A stretch of 58,763 bases of DNA from a virus (lineage: Duplodnaviria > Caudoviricetes). The position numbers and the translations under genes are program-made. Under the pieces are notes generated by a model. The model saw only the letters and a list, made by a program, of their open reading frames with translations. It was not told the origin of the DNA and did no database searches. This document shows, piece after piece, positions 1-9,490 of this stretch (within the stretch, counting starts at the first letter, position 1; each line of letters starts with the position of its first letter). Location: IMG/VR virus record IMGVR_UViG_3300031673_000048, positions 1 to 58,763 of that record. One strand, written 5' to 3'.

Positions 1-226
1 AGATACAGCTTTATAAATCAAAAACAAGTCCCCCTGTTTCGGTACGTTTCTTTCTTTTTTTCTCCCACCCCACGCTCTTTACTTTCTTTTATTTCTTGTA
101 TTCTTGTTAAGTCTATAAATAGTAAGAAGATAGAACAACACTCTAATTATGAAAAAACAAGAATCTTGTTCTAATTATACACGTTCGACTAAACAACTGG
201 TATACCACCCTTTTCTTGTATTTTTG

Positions 227-429
227 TAACCACTTACCCGATAACAAGTTATGGCCTATTGAGACTCATTATTATCTGATTATTGGTCTAAAACCATGTT
301 CACCATACCTACCCACCCGTTCAGATGGGTCAACTATTTCGTTTATTTCCGCAACTACCTGTTTTAATTTAACCGCTTACCCAGTAACGGGTTACGACCT
401 CCTGAGACTCACTATCAACGATTATTGGT
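227..429. repeat. Two diverged ~60-bp direct repeats (227-287, 370-429), partial third copy at 515
   Basis: Both copies read TAACCRCTTACCC-N-RTAAC-N2-GTTAY...TGAGACTCA...ATTATTGGT; starts at 227, 370 and 515. Confidence 0.8.
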
Positions 430-564
430 ACAATGATCACAAAAAACTAATGATACCGGCTCCGCCGCTGTTCGGGTGATATGAATGTGTATAGTATACC
501 TCTTGAGGGGTATGTAACCACCTAAACGAGTGTAGTCAATCTGATCCGTGGGCCAAAGTTAAGA

Positions 565-924
565 TCAAGTAAATAGCTTCGACCAAACCCATTTACAGAA
601 TGAAATTGTCCATGATTTCAAAATCAAAAGAATCTTATAAGTCCATAAGAAAACCGAGAATAACCACTTCAGGATAATAACAATATTACTACTTATCAGT
701 GTAGCAACAGCACTTATTACCGAGGCAACAGTAAGTATCACCGTCCCGATGCCTTTAATAATTAGCCCTATCCCTGATAAAATTAACGACAATGCCCCAT
801 TGCACATTATCGCTAGGACTATCAGAGCAATAGCCATAAATGACCACTTCCTATGACTAGCTAGTTCAATCCGCTTATCTAAACGATCTCTAAGAAAAGA
901 ACCATCGCCTTTAAATAATCCCAT
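565..924 (-). CDS. Hydrophobic membrane protein, possibly holin-like
   Basis: 119 aa with several long hydrophobic segments; overlaps the upstream gene end. Confidence 0.5.
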   Translation of the reverse strand: MGLFKGDGSFLRDRLDKRIELASHRKWSFMAIALIVLAIMCNGALSLILSGIGLIIKGIGTVILTVASVISAVATLISSNIVIILKWLFSVFLWTYKILLILKSWTISFCKWVWSKLFT

Positions 925-1351
925 TATCTTCTTCCTTCTTCTTCGTTAAAAGTTCCATTACCAAAGCGTCTCTACCATCAGGAAAGAACTCCCTTTTTAA
1001 CGCAGTGCATCGCCAATTCCACGCCTTTGCCCACCCCAGAAACTTATTCTCCTCGTGAAGAAAAGTCACTATCCTTGTACCGTTTGCTATTAAAATCAAA
1101 TCATTCATCAATCGAGAACCGAGACTCTGGCTACGATAGATCGGCCTAATTGCTAGCTTCGCTAGAAACAACGTATTTTTATCAAAAACTCGGAAACAGC
1201 TATACCCTAAAGCTAGGCCATCGGTAGCTAGTATTCTCCAACGATATTCTTTAGCGGTGAGCCAGCCTTGATCATACCATGACCAGATATAGCTCTGAGC
1301 ATCAATGACTTTTAACTGCTCGATAAAAGTGGTATAGTCTGTTACTATCAT
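911..1351 (-). CDS. GNAT (RimI-like) acetyltransferase
   Basis: LAIRPIYRSQSLGSRLM acetyl-CoA motif A; C-terminal FFPDGRDALVM resembles RimI. Confidence 0.8.
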   Translation of the reverse strand: MIVTDYTTFIEQLKVIDAQSYIWSWYDQGWLTAKEYRWRILATDGLALGYSCFRVFDKNTLFLAKLAIRPIYRSQSLGSRLMNDLILIANGTRIVTFLHEENKFLGWAKAWNWRCTALKREFFPDGRDALVMELLTKKKEEDNGII

Positions 1352-1501
1352 AGCTTTTGTCTTAAAGAACCTCCCCTACGCATTCTACTCTTGGAAGAGC
1401 ATGACTATCTTTTTTAGTTAAATGATCTACACCATCAGGATAAACATTATTCACGAGGCATAATTTTATAATCAAATCACTAAAGTGGAGTTGATACAGC
1501 G

Positions 1502-1531
1502 ATTGTCCAATTTTTGAAACCTTTTTGTCAA
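1502..1531 (-). promoter_or_regulatory. Possible sigma70-type promoter
   Basis: TTGACA-N18-GACAAT on the minus strand; the -35 box is formed by the last unit of the 17-bp array. Confidence 0.35.
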
Positions 1532-1727
1532 TAGCCACTTACCGTCAATAGCCACTTACCGTCAATAGCCACTTACCGTCAATAGCCACTTACCTTCAAT
1601 AGCCCCTTACCGTCAATAGCCCCTTACCGTCAATAGCCCCTTACCGTCAATAGCCCCTTACCGTCAATAGCCCCTTACCGTCAATAGCCCCTTACCGTCA
1701 ATAGCCCCTTACCGTCAATAGCCCCTT
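1527..1727. repeat. 17-bp tandem repeat, 11 full copies plus one partial
   Basis: GTCAATAGCCACTTACC x4, then GTCAATAGCCCCTTACC-type units; no spacers. Confidence 0.98.
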
Positions 1728-1754
1728 GAACGACGGCGATAATTTCTTCGTTAG

Positions 1755-2240
1755 TCATAGTAATAGTTCTACCACATCTTTCGGCGTAAACGAGTTAGCA
1801 TTTTCATTAAGAAACAAACCACCAGCCTGTAATGCAAAAATATGGCTGGCTGAACAGAAAAGTTTATCATCAGCCTTCGGCCCTTGTGGCACCCGGAACC
1901 CTGCCCGAACCCCACCTATCACATTATAAGGTGCCCCGAGCTTCTTCAAGCAGTAATCCGTTAGCTCCTTTTCCCCGAGCTTTTCTCTATTCTCTTTCGA
2001 TAATGGTATCCATCTATGATAAGCCCAATGCTCTCCTCTCGCAGTAGCTAATCTGCTACTAAGAAGATGTAAGCATTGGCCCCAAGCCATACTTTCCCAG
2101 AGATAGACCACATCGTCGATGACTATTACCGTAGAAATATGTGTCGGTTGTCCAGCGACAACTTTTATTCCTTGAACGTATAGCCATTCTATAATAGAGT
2201 GCCAACCACCGTGCCAAATTACTGCATCACCTGTACGCAT
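1755..2240 (-). CDS. Permuted papain-like NlpC/P60 (YiiX/YaeF-type) enzyme
   Basis: N-terminal GD and PTH, then G.PYN and C-terminal LFCS (His before Cys). Confidence 0.7.
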   Translation of the reverse strand: MRTGDAVIWHGGWHSIIEWLYVQGIKVVAGQPTHISTVIVIDDVVYLWESMAWGQCLHLLSSRLATARGEHWAYHRWIPLSKENREKLGEKELTDYCLKKLGAPYNVIGGVRAGFRVPQGPKADDKLFCSASHIFALQAGGLFLNENANSFTPKDVVELLL

Positions 2241-2264
2241 TCTTCTACCCTATATGTTTCCAAG

Positions 2265-2642
2265 TCATTCTTTAATTAGTTTATCAAATTTATCACAGAG
2301 TTTACCCCAAATAGCGACTTTAGGGCCATCCCAATTGAGACCTTCGTCGTCTCGCACGCTATAAATCAAATCACTAAATGGTATTATGTTATTAAAATCA
2401 ATTAGTAATTGCTTTGCATTAACAGTTTCTTTAACAGTTAATTCAAGGTCAAAGCTAGCAAATTCATTACCATTTTCCCAGAACCCCATTTCTCCGGTAG
2501 CACAGTTAATAAATATTTGCGGTAACTTATAACCAATAGGATAATCTCCGATCGCCCTAACTAGAGTACAATCATAATAAAGGAACCCTATTGTCTCAAC
2601 CTGTTCAAAAGTACCATCATTAGTAAAAATTTTATCAAGCAT
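2265..2642 (-). CDS. Hypothetical protein, paralog family A
   Basis: Shares YYDC.LV.AIGDYP.G with the adjacent gene. Confidence 0.7.
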   Translation of the reverse strand: MLDKIFTNDGTFEQVETIGFLYYDCTLVRAIGDYPIGYKLPQIFINCATGEMGFWENGNEFASFDLELTVKETVNAKQLLIDFNNIIPFSDLIYSVRDDEGLNWDGPKVAIWGKLCDKFDKLIKE

Positions 2643-2853
2643 TTGCTATTTCCATTACGTTTAAAGAAAAGCTAACACGTTCATTTTCACAGAAATTCAT
2701 TTTCTTAGTATCGTAGTTTATAATAACTTTAGAGAAAAAGCTACCAGAAGGGTAGTCGCCAATTGCTTTAACTAAAACACAATCGTAGTAAACAAACTCC
2801 ATTGTATCAGGATGATCACGACTACCGCTGGTAGTAAATAATTTGTCAATCAT
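2635..2853 (-). CDS. Hypothetical protein, paralog family A
   Basis: MIDKLFT...YYDCVLVKAIGDYPSG. Confidence 0.7.
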   Translation of the reverse strand: MIDKLFTTSGSRDHPDTMEFVYYDCVLVKAIGDYPSGSFFSKVIINYDTKKMNFCENERVSFSLNVMEIANA

Positions 2854-2882
2854 AGCTTCTTCACTACATGGACATTTTTTCT

Positions 2883-3086
2883 CTACTTTTTGATAAATTC
2901 ACAATTAATGATTTTAGTATCAATTAGTTCAAAGAAATCATCGTAAAACTTCGCCTCCATATCCCAGAAATTAATAATGATGAGAGGTATTTTACTCCCG
3001 TCTTTTAAAACACAATCCCTGCATTCATATACAAATGGACTTAATTGCACTGTATATTTAGTTTCAAATAATTTATTTTCATCCAT
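2883..3086 (-). CDS. Hypothetical protein, distant member of family A
   Basis: Start reassigned to MDENKLF, overlapping the nuclease stop; KLF...DCVL...IIIN pattern. Confidence 0.55.
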   Translation of the reverse strand: MDENKLFETKYTVQLSPFVYECRDCVLKDGSKIPLIIINFWDMEAKFYDDFFELIDTKIINCEFIKK

Positions 3087-4023
3087 AGAATCTCGAGCTC
3101 TCTTTAGTAAGATTATTAAAAGCACTATCACTTGGAGCAGAGCTATCAAGAATAGCACATCGTCGAATAGAATCTTCTTCCGATAGTTCCCTGAATATCC
3201 ATCCACTGAGAATAATATCCCAGGCATTAGTGATGTTATTAACTAACCCATATTGATAGTCCGGCGATACTCTCAAACGATGAGTAGCGAACCGCAGTTT
3301 ATTAGCTGATCCGGTAATCTGGTCGATTCCTACAATAAGTTGCTCAGAGCCCACCGCTTCACCGAGAAGCCAACCATAAATTGAGAGTTGATCTGCCCAA
3401 CTATCGTTACCTTCTTCGAGGAACATACTGATATTAATATCAATACCATTATGGTTGATAATTAAACAATCCTTGTGCTTCTTCGTCCACTTGCAATTAT
3501 AGCCCCGTAATTTAATATACCCCTTCATTGGTGAAGTCATACTTTTCGAGCAATAACCATTTACTTTCCAGTCATAAATAACTCGGGCACCTTCTTTGCT
3601 AATAAAGAAAACATCAGGTTTACCGAGTAGCGGCACGCCCTCTATTTCCCCGCGAACATCGAACTCGAAACGAGGCGGCCCAATGGCTTGGCTAAGTTCT
3701 AGCATAAGATCGGCTAAACAGCCCTCGCTTTTGTATTGATCGAAAACCAGCTTTCCATTTTCCCAAGCCCAATCACGATTGTGTTCATCTACTTGAGCCT
3801 CGAAAATAGTAGTTAAATCGTAGCGTTTATCAGCATTTTTACCAAACAGCTTCTCGTAGAGATAGCTTTTTACAAAGGCATCGAACGCACTACCGATAGA
3901 CATTGGCTTAGTTTGCAACTCTCTTTCAGGCTTATTATCAGAAAGATACCGCTGATAGAATAATTCCACATCGTCATAGAATAGTTTAATTGATGTGGGC
4001 GACATGTATTCAGGAATTCTCAT
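3079..4023 (-). CDS. PD-(D/E)XK (RecB/Cas4-like) exonuclease
   Basis: SPTSI, GSAFD, GKPD...IYDWK, QLSIY motifs; TAATG-coupled start. Confidence 0.8.
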   Translation of the reverse strand: MRIPEYMSPTSIKLFYDDVELFYQRYLSDNKPERELQTKPMSIGSAFDAFVKSYLYEKLFGKNADKRYDLTTIFEAQVDEHNRDWAWENGKLVFDQYKSEGCLADLMLELSQAIGPPRFEFDVRGEIEGVPLLGKPDVFFISKEGARVIYDWKVNGYCSKSMTSPMKGYIKLRGYNCKWTKKHKDCLIINHNGIDINISMFLEEGNDSWADQLSIYGWLLGEAVGSEQLIVGIDQITGSANKLRFATHRLRVSPDYQYGLVNNITNAWDIILSGWIFRELSEEDSIRRCAILDSSAPSDSAFNNLTKESSRFYG

Positions 4024-4501
4024 TAGATGTGTTTCCAACTTCTTAGATTAATAACATGCTCGATTACACTTTTACTTACATTAAACTTTTTTTCTAATTG
4101 CTGACGAGTTTTACTACTAGCTCTTATGAGTTTAATATCATTTTCTGTTAATTTAGCCGTGAATTATTCACACCTTTTGATAAATCAGGATTATCCTTAT
4201 GCCTGTTTTTCATGTTATCAGATTGAGTTCCAAGATAAAAATGATCTGGGTTTACACATTTGATATTATTACATTTATGTAAAACTAATAACTTATTTGG
4301 GTCAATACTGTGGATTATTTTCCATAGAACTCTTGCTGCTTTGTAGTGCTGATAATTTATCGTAAATGACGGTCTGGCATATCCTGTTGATCCTTTACCA
4401 CCTGTACTTACCCAATCCCAGCAGCCATCTTTCTTCAAGACATAGCACCAGAACCTATAAATATCTAGTTCTGTTAAATCTGGAATTGGTAAGAATCTCA
4501 T
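4023..4501 (-). pseudogene. HNH homing endonuclease with a frameshift before its C-terminal HTH
   Basis: CWDW, VLHKCNNIKCVNPDH, GTQSDN; after GVNNSR the AKLTENDIKLIR...WKHI tail continues in another frame (one base missing near 4158). Confidence 0.8.
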
Positions 4502-4511
4502 AGTTAATCTT

Positions 4512-4763
4512 TTATAGGTTGTTGCTACGCACAATTCTGTTTACCATTTCAACTAGCCACTCATGATATAATTCCATAGCGGGATTAACAAAAAACTTTT
4601 GTTCAATTTGTCTTATCTGTGTATTCAATGACGAAAGTAATACAGAGTATTTTTCTTTCCAATGTTCTGTTTCTGCTCTAATACTTTCTTCGTATTTAGG
4701 GCAATTAAGTTTTGTCAATGGAATTTCTATATTTCGATTGTAACAAGGGCAATATAACTGCAT
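4512..4763 (-). CDS. Hypothetical protein
   Basis: ORF co-oriented with the operon. Confidence 0.5.
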   Translation of the reverse strand: MQLYCPCYNRNIEIPLTKLNCPKYEESIRAETEHWKEKYSVLLSSLNTQIRQIEQKFFVNPAMELYHEWLVEMVNRIVRSNNL

Positions 4764-4831
4764 AATAATAGTTGGATTATCAACTATAAAATCATCTTAG
4801 TGCTTAATGGTGTGATAATGAAAACAAGGCA

Positions 4832-5062
4832 TTATTCGACCTTATCTAAAATGATGCTAACATCACAGAAATATTCTACTGTGAATACAGTTTCACTAAA
4901 GATAAAATTCTTTCCTGTTTTAACACAATATAGACTATCTTTACCTATAAAATATAAATGCCCATTGCTATCTACAAACGCATTTTTACCGCTGTCAAGT
5001 AACTGATCAACTTTTAGAATTTGCGGGTTGTAACATTGCCTTAGTTTTATTTGTATAGCCAT
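4832..5062 (-). CDS. Hypothetical protein, paralog family B
   Basis: AFVD...FTVEYFCD motif. Confidence 0.65.
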   Translation of the reverse strand: MAIQIKLRQCYNPQILKVDQLLDSGKNAFVDSNGHLYFIGKDSLYCVKTGKNFIFSETVFTVEYFCDVSIILDKVE

Positions 5063-5227
5063 ATTAATCTTTCGGTAAAAGATATTCTAACTCTGGTGAA
5101 CAAACGAAAATGATTACATTTTTCTCAGGAACAAAGTTTATTAATGGTTTATGTCCATGTTTAATAATTAGCTTAGCCTCTAAGATTCTAACACCGACGG
5201 CAGCAGCGGCCTTAATTATTAATGATT

Positions 5228-5779
5228 CTACGTCCATAGGTAAGGCATGATTTCAATAATCCGATGCAGATTATCCTTTAGTTCTTGATTCATTCGACCT
5301 TCTAATTCCTTAATTTCATCGAGGTACAGTTTATATATCTGCTCATCTTTTTCTGTTGCCCATTCAGGTTTATATTCTGTATAATCATTACCAATATCAA
5401 CCCAATCCCTAATCGGGCTATGCTTAAATGCTCGTTCCCAGAGTCTATCGCATAGCCCAGGATATAGTTTATTATAGACTTGATGCCACCAATCATACAG
5501 CTCTTGCATTTCATCACGAACGTACTTGTCACCGATCTTATGGCTATATTCGCCATACCATTCAATACGTTCTTCCGGTTCACATTCTCGTTCAATGAAC
5601 TGCGAAAGAATCTCGAACATTGTTTCTGGCAATATTGCACAACGATCATGCCAAGTATGGTCAAGATACCGAGATTTTACAGTGGTGTAACGATGCCAAC
5701 AAAAGCATTTAATCCTGTACCAAACCCGCCCAGGTCGCCAATCATAAGGAAGAATTTTCCAGTATAGTTCTCTTAACAT
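5228..5779 (-). CDS. Hypothetical Trp-rich phage protein
   Basis: 183 aa ORF; ELYDWW...IIEIMPYLWT. Confidence 0.7.
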   Translation of the reverse strand: MLRELYWKILPYDWRPGRVWYRIKCFCWHRYTTVKSRYLDHTWHDRCAILPETMFEILSQFIERECEPEERIEWYGEYSHKIGDKYVRDEMQELYDWWHQVYNKLYPGLCDRLWERAFKHSPIRDWVDIGNDYTEYKPEWATEKDEQIYKLYLDEIKELEGRMNQELKDNLHRIIEIMPYLWT

Positions 5780-6015
5780 TTTGGTATTACCTTAATTTCA
5801 AGGTCACAAAAGTATTTAACTGTGAATGTAGCATCCCTATATTGATGTACTATACCATCACAGACACGCACAACACGTAATTGTGTAATTAAATGTAGTT
5901 TATTAGCACAGTCCACAAAAGCATCAACACCTTCGATTCGACGTAACTCAATTAAGTCTCTTAAATTAAAATTACTTTTACACTTTCTAGGCGGGTTAAT
6001 TACTTTAATAATCAT
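5773..6015 (-). CDS. Hypothetical protein, paralog family B
   Basis: AFVD...FTVKYFCD motif. Confidence 0.65.
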   Translation of the reverse strand: MIIKVINPPRKCKSNFNLRDLIELRRIEGVDAFVDCANKLHLITQLRVVRVCDGIVHQYRDATFTVKYFCDLEIKVIPKC

Positions 6016-6245
6016 GCTAGTCTCCAAACACAAAGATTATGATTTAATGATATTAAAATCTTCGATAAATTTTCATCTTGTAAAACGGTCTCCACTATAG
6101 GCATAATATCGACCTCGATGACGGTGTATTTCGGCAAGCACATTAATAAATTCGGCTGATCACCGTCATTATTATTATAGTAATCTTTAATATCACCAAA
6201 CATGATATTACGTGCTTCACAATATGCTTTTATATAATTTTCCAT
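6012..6245 (-). CDS. Hypothetical protein
   Basis: ORF whose stop overlaps the next start (ATGA). Confidence 0.55.
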   Translation of the reverse strand: MENYIKAYCEARNIMFGDIKDYYNNNDGDQPNLLMCLPKYTVIEVDIMPIVETVLQDENLSKILISLNHNLCVWRLA

Positions 6246-6300
6246 TTTACTTTCTTCTAGCAGTAATTTCTATATTGCAAAAATAGTATTAAAAAGTTTT

Positions 6301-6540
6301 TCATTGGCGTTTGAACCATTCTAATCGTAGCCACCAAGTTACAGCATAACCACCAGTTTTGGTACGTTTATCTCTCAACACCATTGCACCATAGCGATAA
6401 TAGTCACTCCATACCATAATTTGTAGTATTCCACCCCTAGTGCTTATAGTATGGTCACCAATACGGCTACTATAATACGGAGTACCAAAAATTACCCATA
6501 ACAATATTAAAGTGACAGCCAAGTATACTAGTTTTCTCAT
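6301..6540 (-). CDS. Hypothetical protein with N-terminal membrane anchor
   Basis: MRKLVYLAVTLILLWVIFG signal-anchor. Confidence 0.55.
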   Translation of the reverse strand: MRKLVYLAVTLILLWVIFGTPYYSSRIGDHTISTRGGILQIMVWSDYYRYGAMVLRDKRTKTGGYAVTWWLRLEWFKRQ

Positions 6541-6708
6541 TAGCTTTTCTTGGTAAAGATGGCAACGATATACTTGTAAATGTAATATGGCCAAATAGCT
6601 GATTCCTTGAGCATAGCAGTCGGATTAACATCGTTCCGATACCAATAAACGCCAAGGCCGACGAGAAGATAAGTTGCTACGTAAGTCATGATTTTAATCT
6701 CTTTCTTG

Positions 6709-6918
6709 TTATTCTCTTTGTACGTCGATTTTAACATCACAGAAGTAATCCACTGTAAATACATCCATTTTATCAATATAGCAGATACCTGATTTAGTGT
6801 CAATAACGGTGCCATTTATAATAATGTGCAACACGCCTAATCGAACGAAACCAGATTTATTATTGTTTACTAAGTCTTCTAGTAAAAAAGTTCTTACTGG
6901 TAAATTAATAGTTAGCGT
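6709..6918 (-). CDS. Paralog family B member with an ACG (mutated or non-canonical) start
   Basis: GGAG RBS 7 nt before ACG; open frame ends VFTVDYFCDVKIDVQRE. Confidence 0.55.
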   Translation of the reverse strand, partial: TLTINLPVRTFLLEDLVNNNKSGFVRLGVLHIIINGTVIDTKSGICYIDKMDVFTVDYFCDVKIDVQRE

Positions 6919-6920
6919 CT

Positions 6921-7585
6921 CTATTCTCCGAAAAGGTTATAGCCATTATCACTGTCATCAATTAATTTCAAACAATAATCAATTACCTTATCAATGCCAT
7001 CGTAATCGAGAGTATCAGGGACATCCGATGGTTGATGATAATACTTGTTCTGACCAGTATGTATAAACACTGTTTCACAGTTGAAGGAACTTTGGTCACT
7101 CGCCCCTGTGCCGATCATACTACCACGATAATGTCCGATCATATCAAGATTTATCATAAAATCAATTTTCTCTTTATTGTTCTTTACCCAGTATCTTGAT
7201 CCAACTAAACCCTGCTCCTCCCCGGAAAACAGAATGAAAATGATCTTGCTACCTTTACCTCGACAGGCCCTTTTTGCTAGCTCTAGGACACCTGCCACCC
7301 CGGAAGCATTATCGTCGGCTCCGGGACTCCGAGAAACGCTATCATAGTGTGCACCAATAACAATAGTTTTATTGCTACCAGGACGCACAGCGACAATATT
7401 CTCAACTGTCATACTGCCAGAAGTGAAACTCTGTACCGTTGGCTTATATCCATTATTCTTGAGATCGTTGATAATAAAATCACGAGCAGCTTCACAATTA
7501 CCAGTTGGTCGTGGTGATATAGCTAGTTTCTCAACGGTATTAATCGGAGAAAAACAAGTACCAAGAGTAGGATCAATTTAATCAT
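6921..7585 (-). CDS. M28 family zinc aminopeptidase; signal peptide separated by a frameshift
   Basis: GAHYDS, PGADDNASG, GEEQGL, NLDMIG, YHQPSD; MIKLILLLVLVF leader joins the main frame if the T5 run (7550-7554) had one more base. Confidence 0.85.
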
Positions 7586-8233
7586 TATACCATACCTCAT
7601 AATCTGGAAACGTCGTATCAATACGTAGTAATGCAACAAATTGGCCATCTTCTAATGATTCCAGAAACTTTGCTACTTTACTTTGTACTAACAAGCGGTC
7701 AGCAGTTTCGCTTTCAAATGATTTTATTTTTATCATTTTATTGCCCAAAGTAGTATAAATATTCCAACAATTATGATTAAGGTTACTAACATTACCATTT
7801 TTTCTTTCGCCAAATGCAATAAATAATTAATACCATTATGAAAGGAATAAATAGTAACTTAACGATTATACAAATACTAAGTAACGCTGGCAAACAAAAC
7901 AAGAAGATAGGGATAGCTAAATATTTTGGATAATATTTTCCAAAGCAAAGAAGTGGTATTGAAACAAGTAAGTATAACAATATTATATTTATCATTATCT
8001 TGTTACCCAAATTAACAACGCTATTCCAGTAAGTATTATTAATGCTATTATCATGTTTCATACCCGTCAATTTTTCTTTAGTACTGAAAGTATACCCTTT
8101 ATACCAAGGATAACAATTATCAATGGCCAAAAAAGAAGAAAAGCACAAACATTTTTACTATTAAAAGTGTATTCACTATTATTTCCAATAACAAAACCAA
8201 TAGCAGCATAAGTTAAAAGGTAAGGAATGTAAA

Positions 8234-8479
8234 TCATTGTTCTTTTCTTTCCAATTGATACCATTGAGTAATAGCTGACCGTAGTATAACCCAAAACTTC
8301 ACGTTACTGTCTCTTATGATTTTAGTATCAAAGTATGCCCACGATTCCACAATAATGAACTTCCTTTGTACGTCAACTAATCGACCATAGGCCGTAAAAG
8401 CTATTGGTTCATTACCATCTTCAACGTGATCGAGAAACTCTACCTCGACAATCATACCTTTCCGAAATCGTTTTCTCAT
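8234..8479 (-). CDS. Hypothetical phage protein
   Basis: IVEVEFLDH...YGRL; co-oriented ORF. Confidence 0.6.
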   Translation of the reverse strand: MRKRFRKGMIVEVEFLDHVEDGNEPIAFTAYGRLVDVQRKFIIVESWAYFDTKIIRDSNVKFWVILRSAITQWYQLERKEQ

Positions 8480-8804
8480 AATTATTTCCTACTAAGATAC
8501 CGAAATGCTTGTGATCCAACAAACAAAACAGCACCAGCTATCGCACATTGTGGGTCAAAGTAATTTACAATTGAAGCCACAATAAAGGCATAACCCATAA
8601 GCAACATCCAAATTTGTGGTAGACTCATAATTCATCATTTCCAATTGAAGTAAAATCACCATCAGTTAACTCTTCCACCGCTCTACCCAATGCTAAAATT
8701 AATTTTCTTCTTGCAGTTAACAATTCTCCTGCGTTACTTTTATATGTAGAACGATATACTTCTTGTGCTGCCTCGGCTTTATCAATAATTGAATGAAGCA
8801 TTTT

Positions 8805-9005
8805 CTACCCTCTAATTTGTTTATCAATATCATAAGTGAAAACCATTTCACCACATTCTCGACAAATCGGTATAACTAAATCCTTTACAAGTAATTCTCC
8901 AAACATATAATCAATAGTTTTAGATATTACTGCTTTCTTTCCACAATGATTACATCGCCAAGGAAATGGTTCAACCTCATCTTTACCAATAAATTTAGCT
9001 ACCAA
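8805..9005 (-). CDS. YgiT/MqsA-type zinc-finger protein without an HTH
   Basis: CNHCG...LVKDLVIPICRECGEMVF. Confidence 0.6.
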   Translation of the reverse strand: MVAKFIGKDEVEPFPWRCNHCGKKAVISKTIDYMFGELLVKDLVIPICRECGEMVFTYDIDKQIRG

Positions 9006-9225
9006 ATGCCTCCCGATCTAAAGCATGTTTAATGGAAAGAAATGTTATCAATGCGGTACAAGCAGATTTATCACCATTGACTGCTAGTACTTGACTAATA
9101 TAACTATAAAAAAGTGGTTGCTCTTCTTGAATAGCAATAATATTTTCATTTACCCAAATTTTGAGATCAATATCATTATCTGGTATTATCAACAAGTCTT
9201 CGACTAGTATTTCTGGTATTAGCAT
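8995..9225 (-). CDS. Hypothetical protein
   Basis: Co-oriented overlapping ORF. Confidence 0.55.
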   Translation of the reverse strand: MLIPEILVEDLLIIPDNDIDLKIWVNENIIAIQEEQPLFYSYISQVLAVNGDKSACTALITFLSIKHALDREAFGS

Positions 9226-9490
9226 AGTTTACTTTCTACTGATAGAAACTCATTTTTTATTTCATAATGTACAACTAAATCCCCATCTTTATTACAACTG
9301 CCAATACGTTCATGCCCATCTATTGTCAAAATTCTTTTTCAGGATAAGGAACGGTTCTTTTCCTACAATAAATACTAAAAACTTTTGATCATAATTACCT
9401 TTAGCTAAATACACTCCTGGCTCAGTAATTTTCATCGTAGCTCCCTTATCGCAATATTATAGTAATGATCCGGCTTTTTAGTTATGACTT

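Noticed and set aside
216-479. Plus-strand 87-aa ORF
   Set aside because: TTG start without an RBS, spans the diverged repeats and opposes the local gene direction
1527-1727. CRISPR array
   Set aside because: Units are contiguous with no unique spacers, and there is no cas operon
3079-4023. Cas4 / CRISPR adaptation gene
   Set aside because: No four-Cys cluster pattern or CRISPR context; best read as a phage recombination exonuclease
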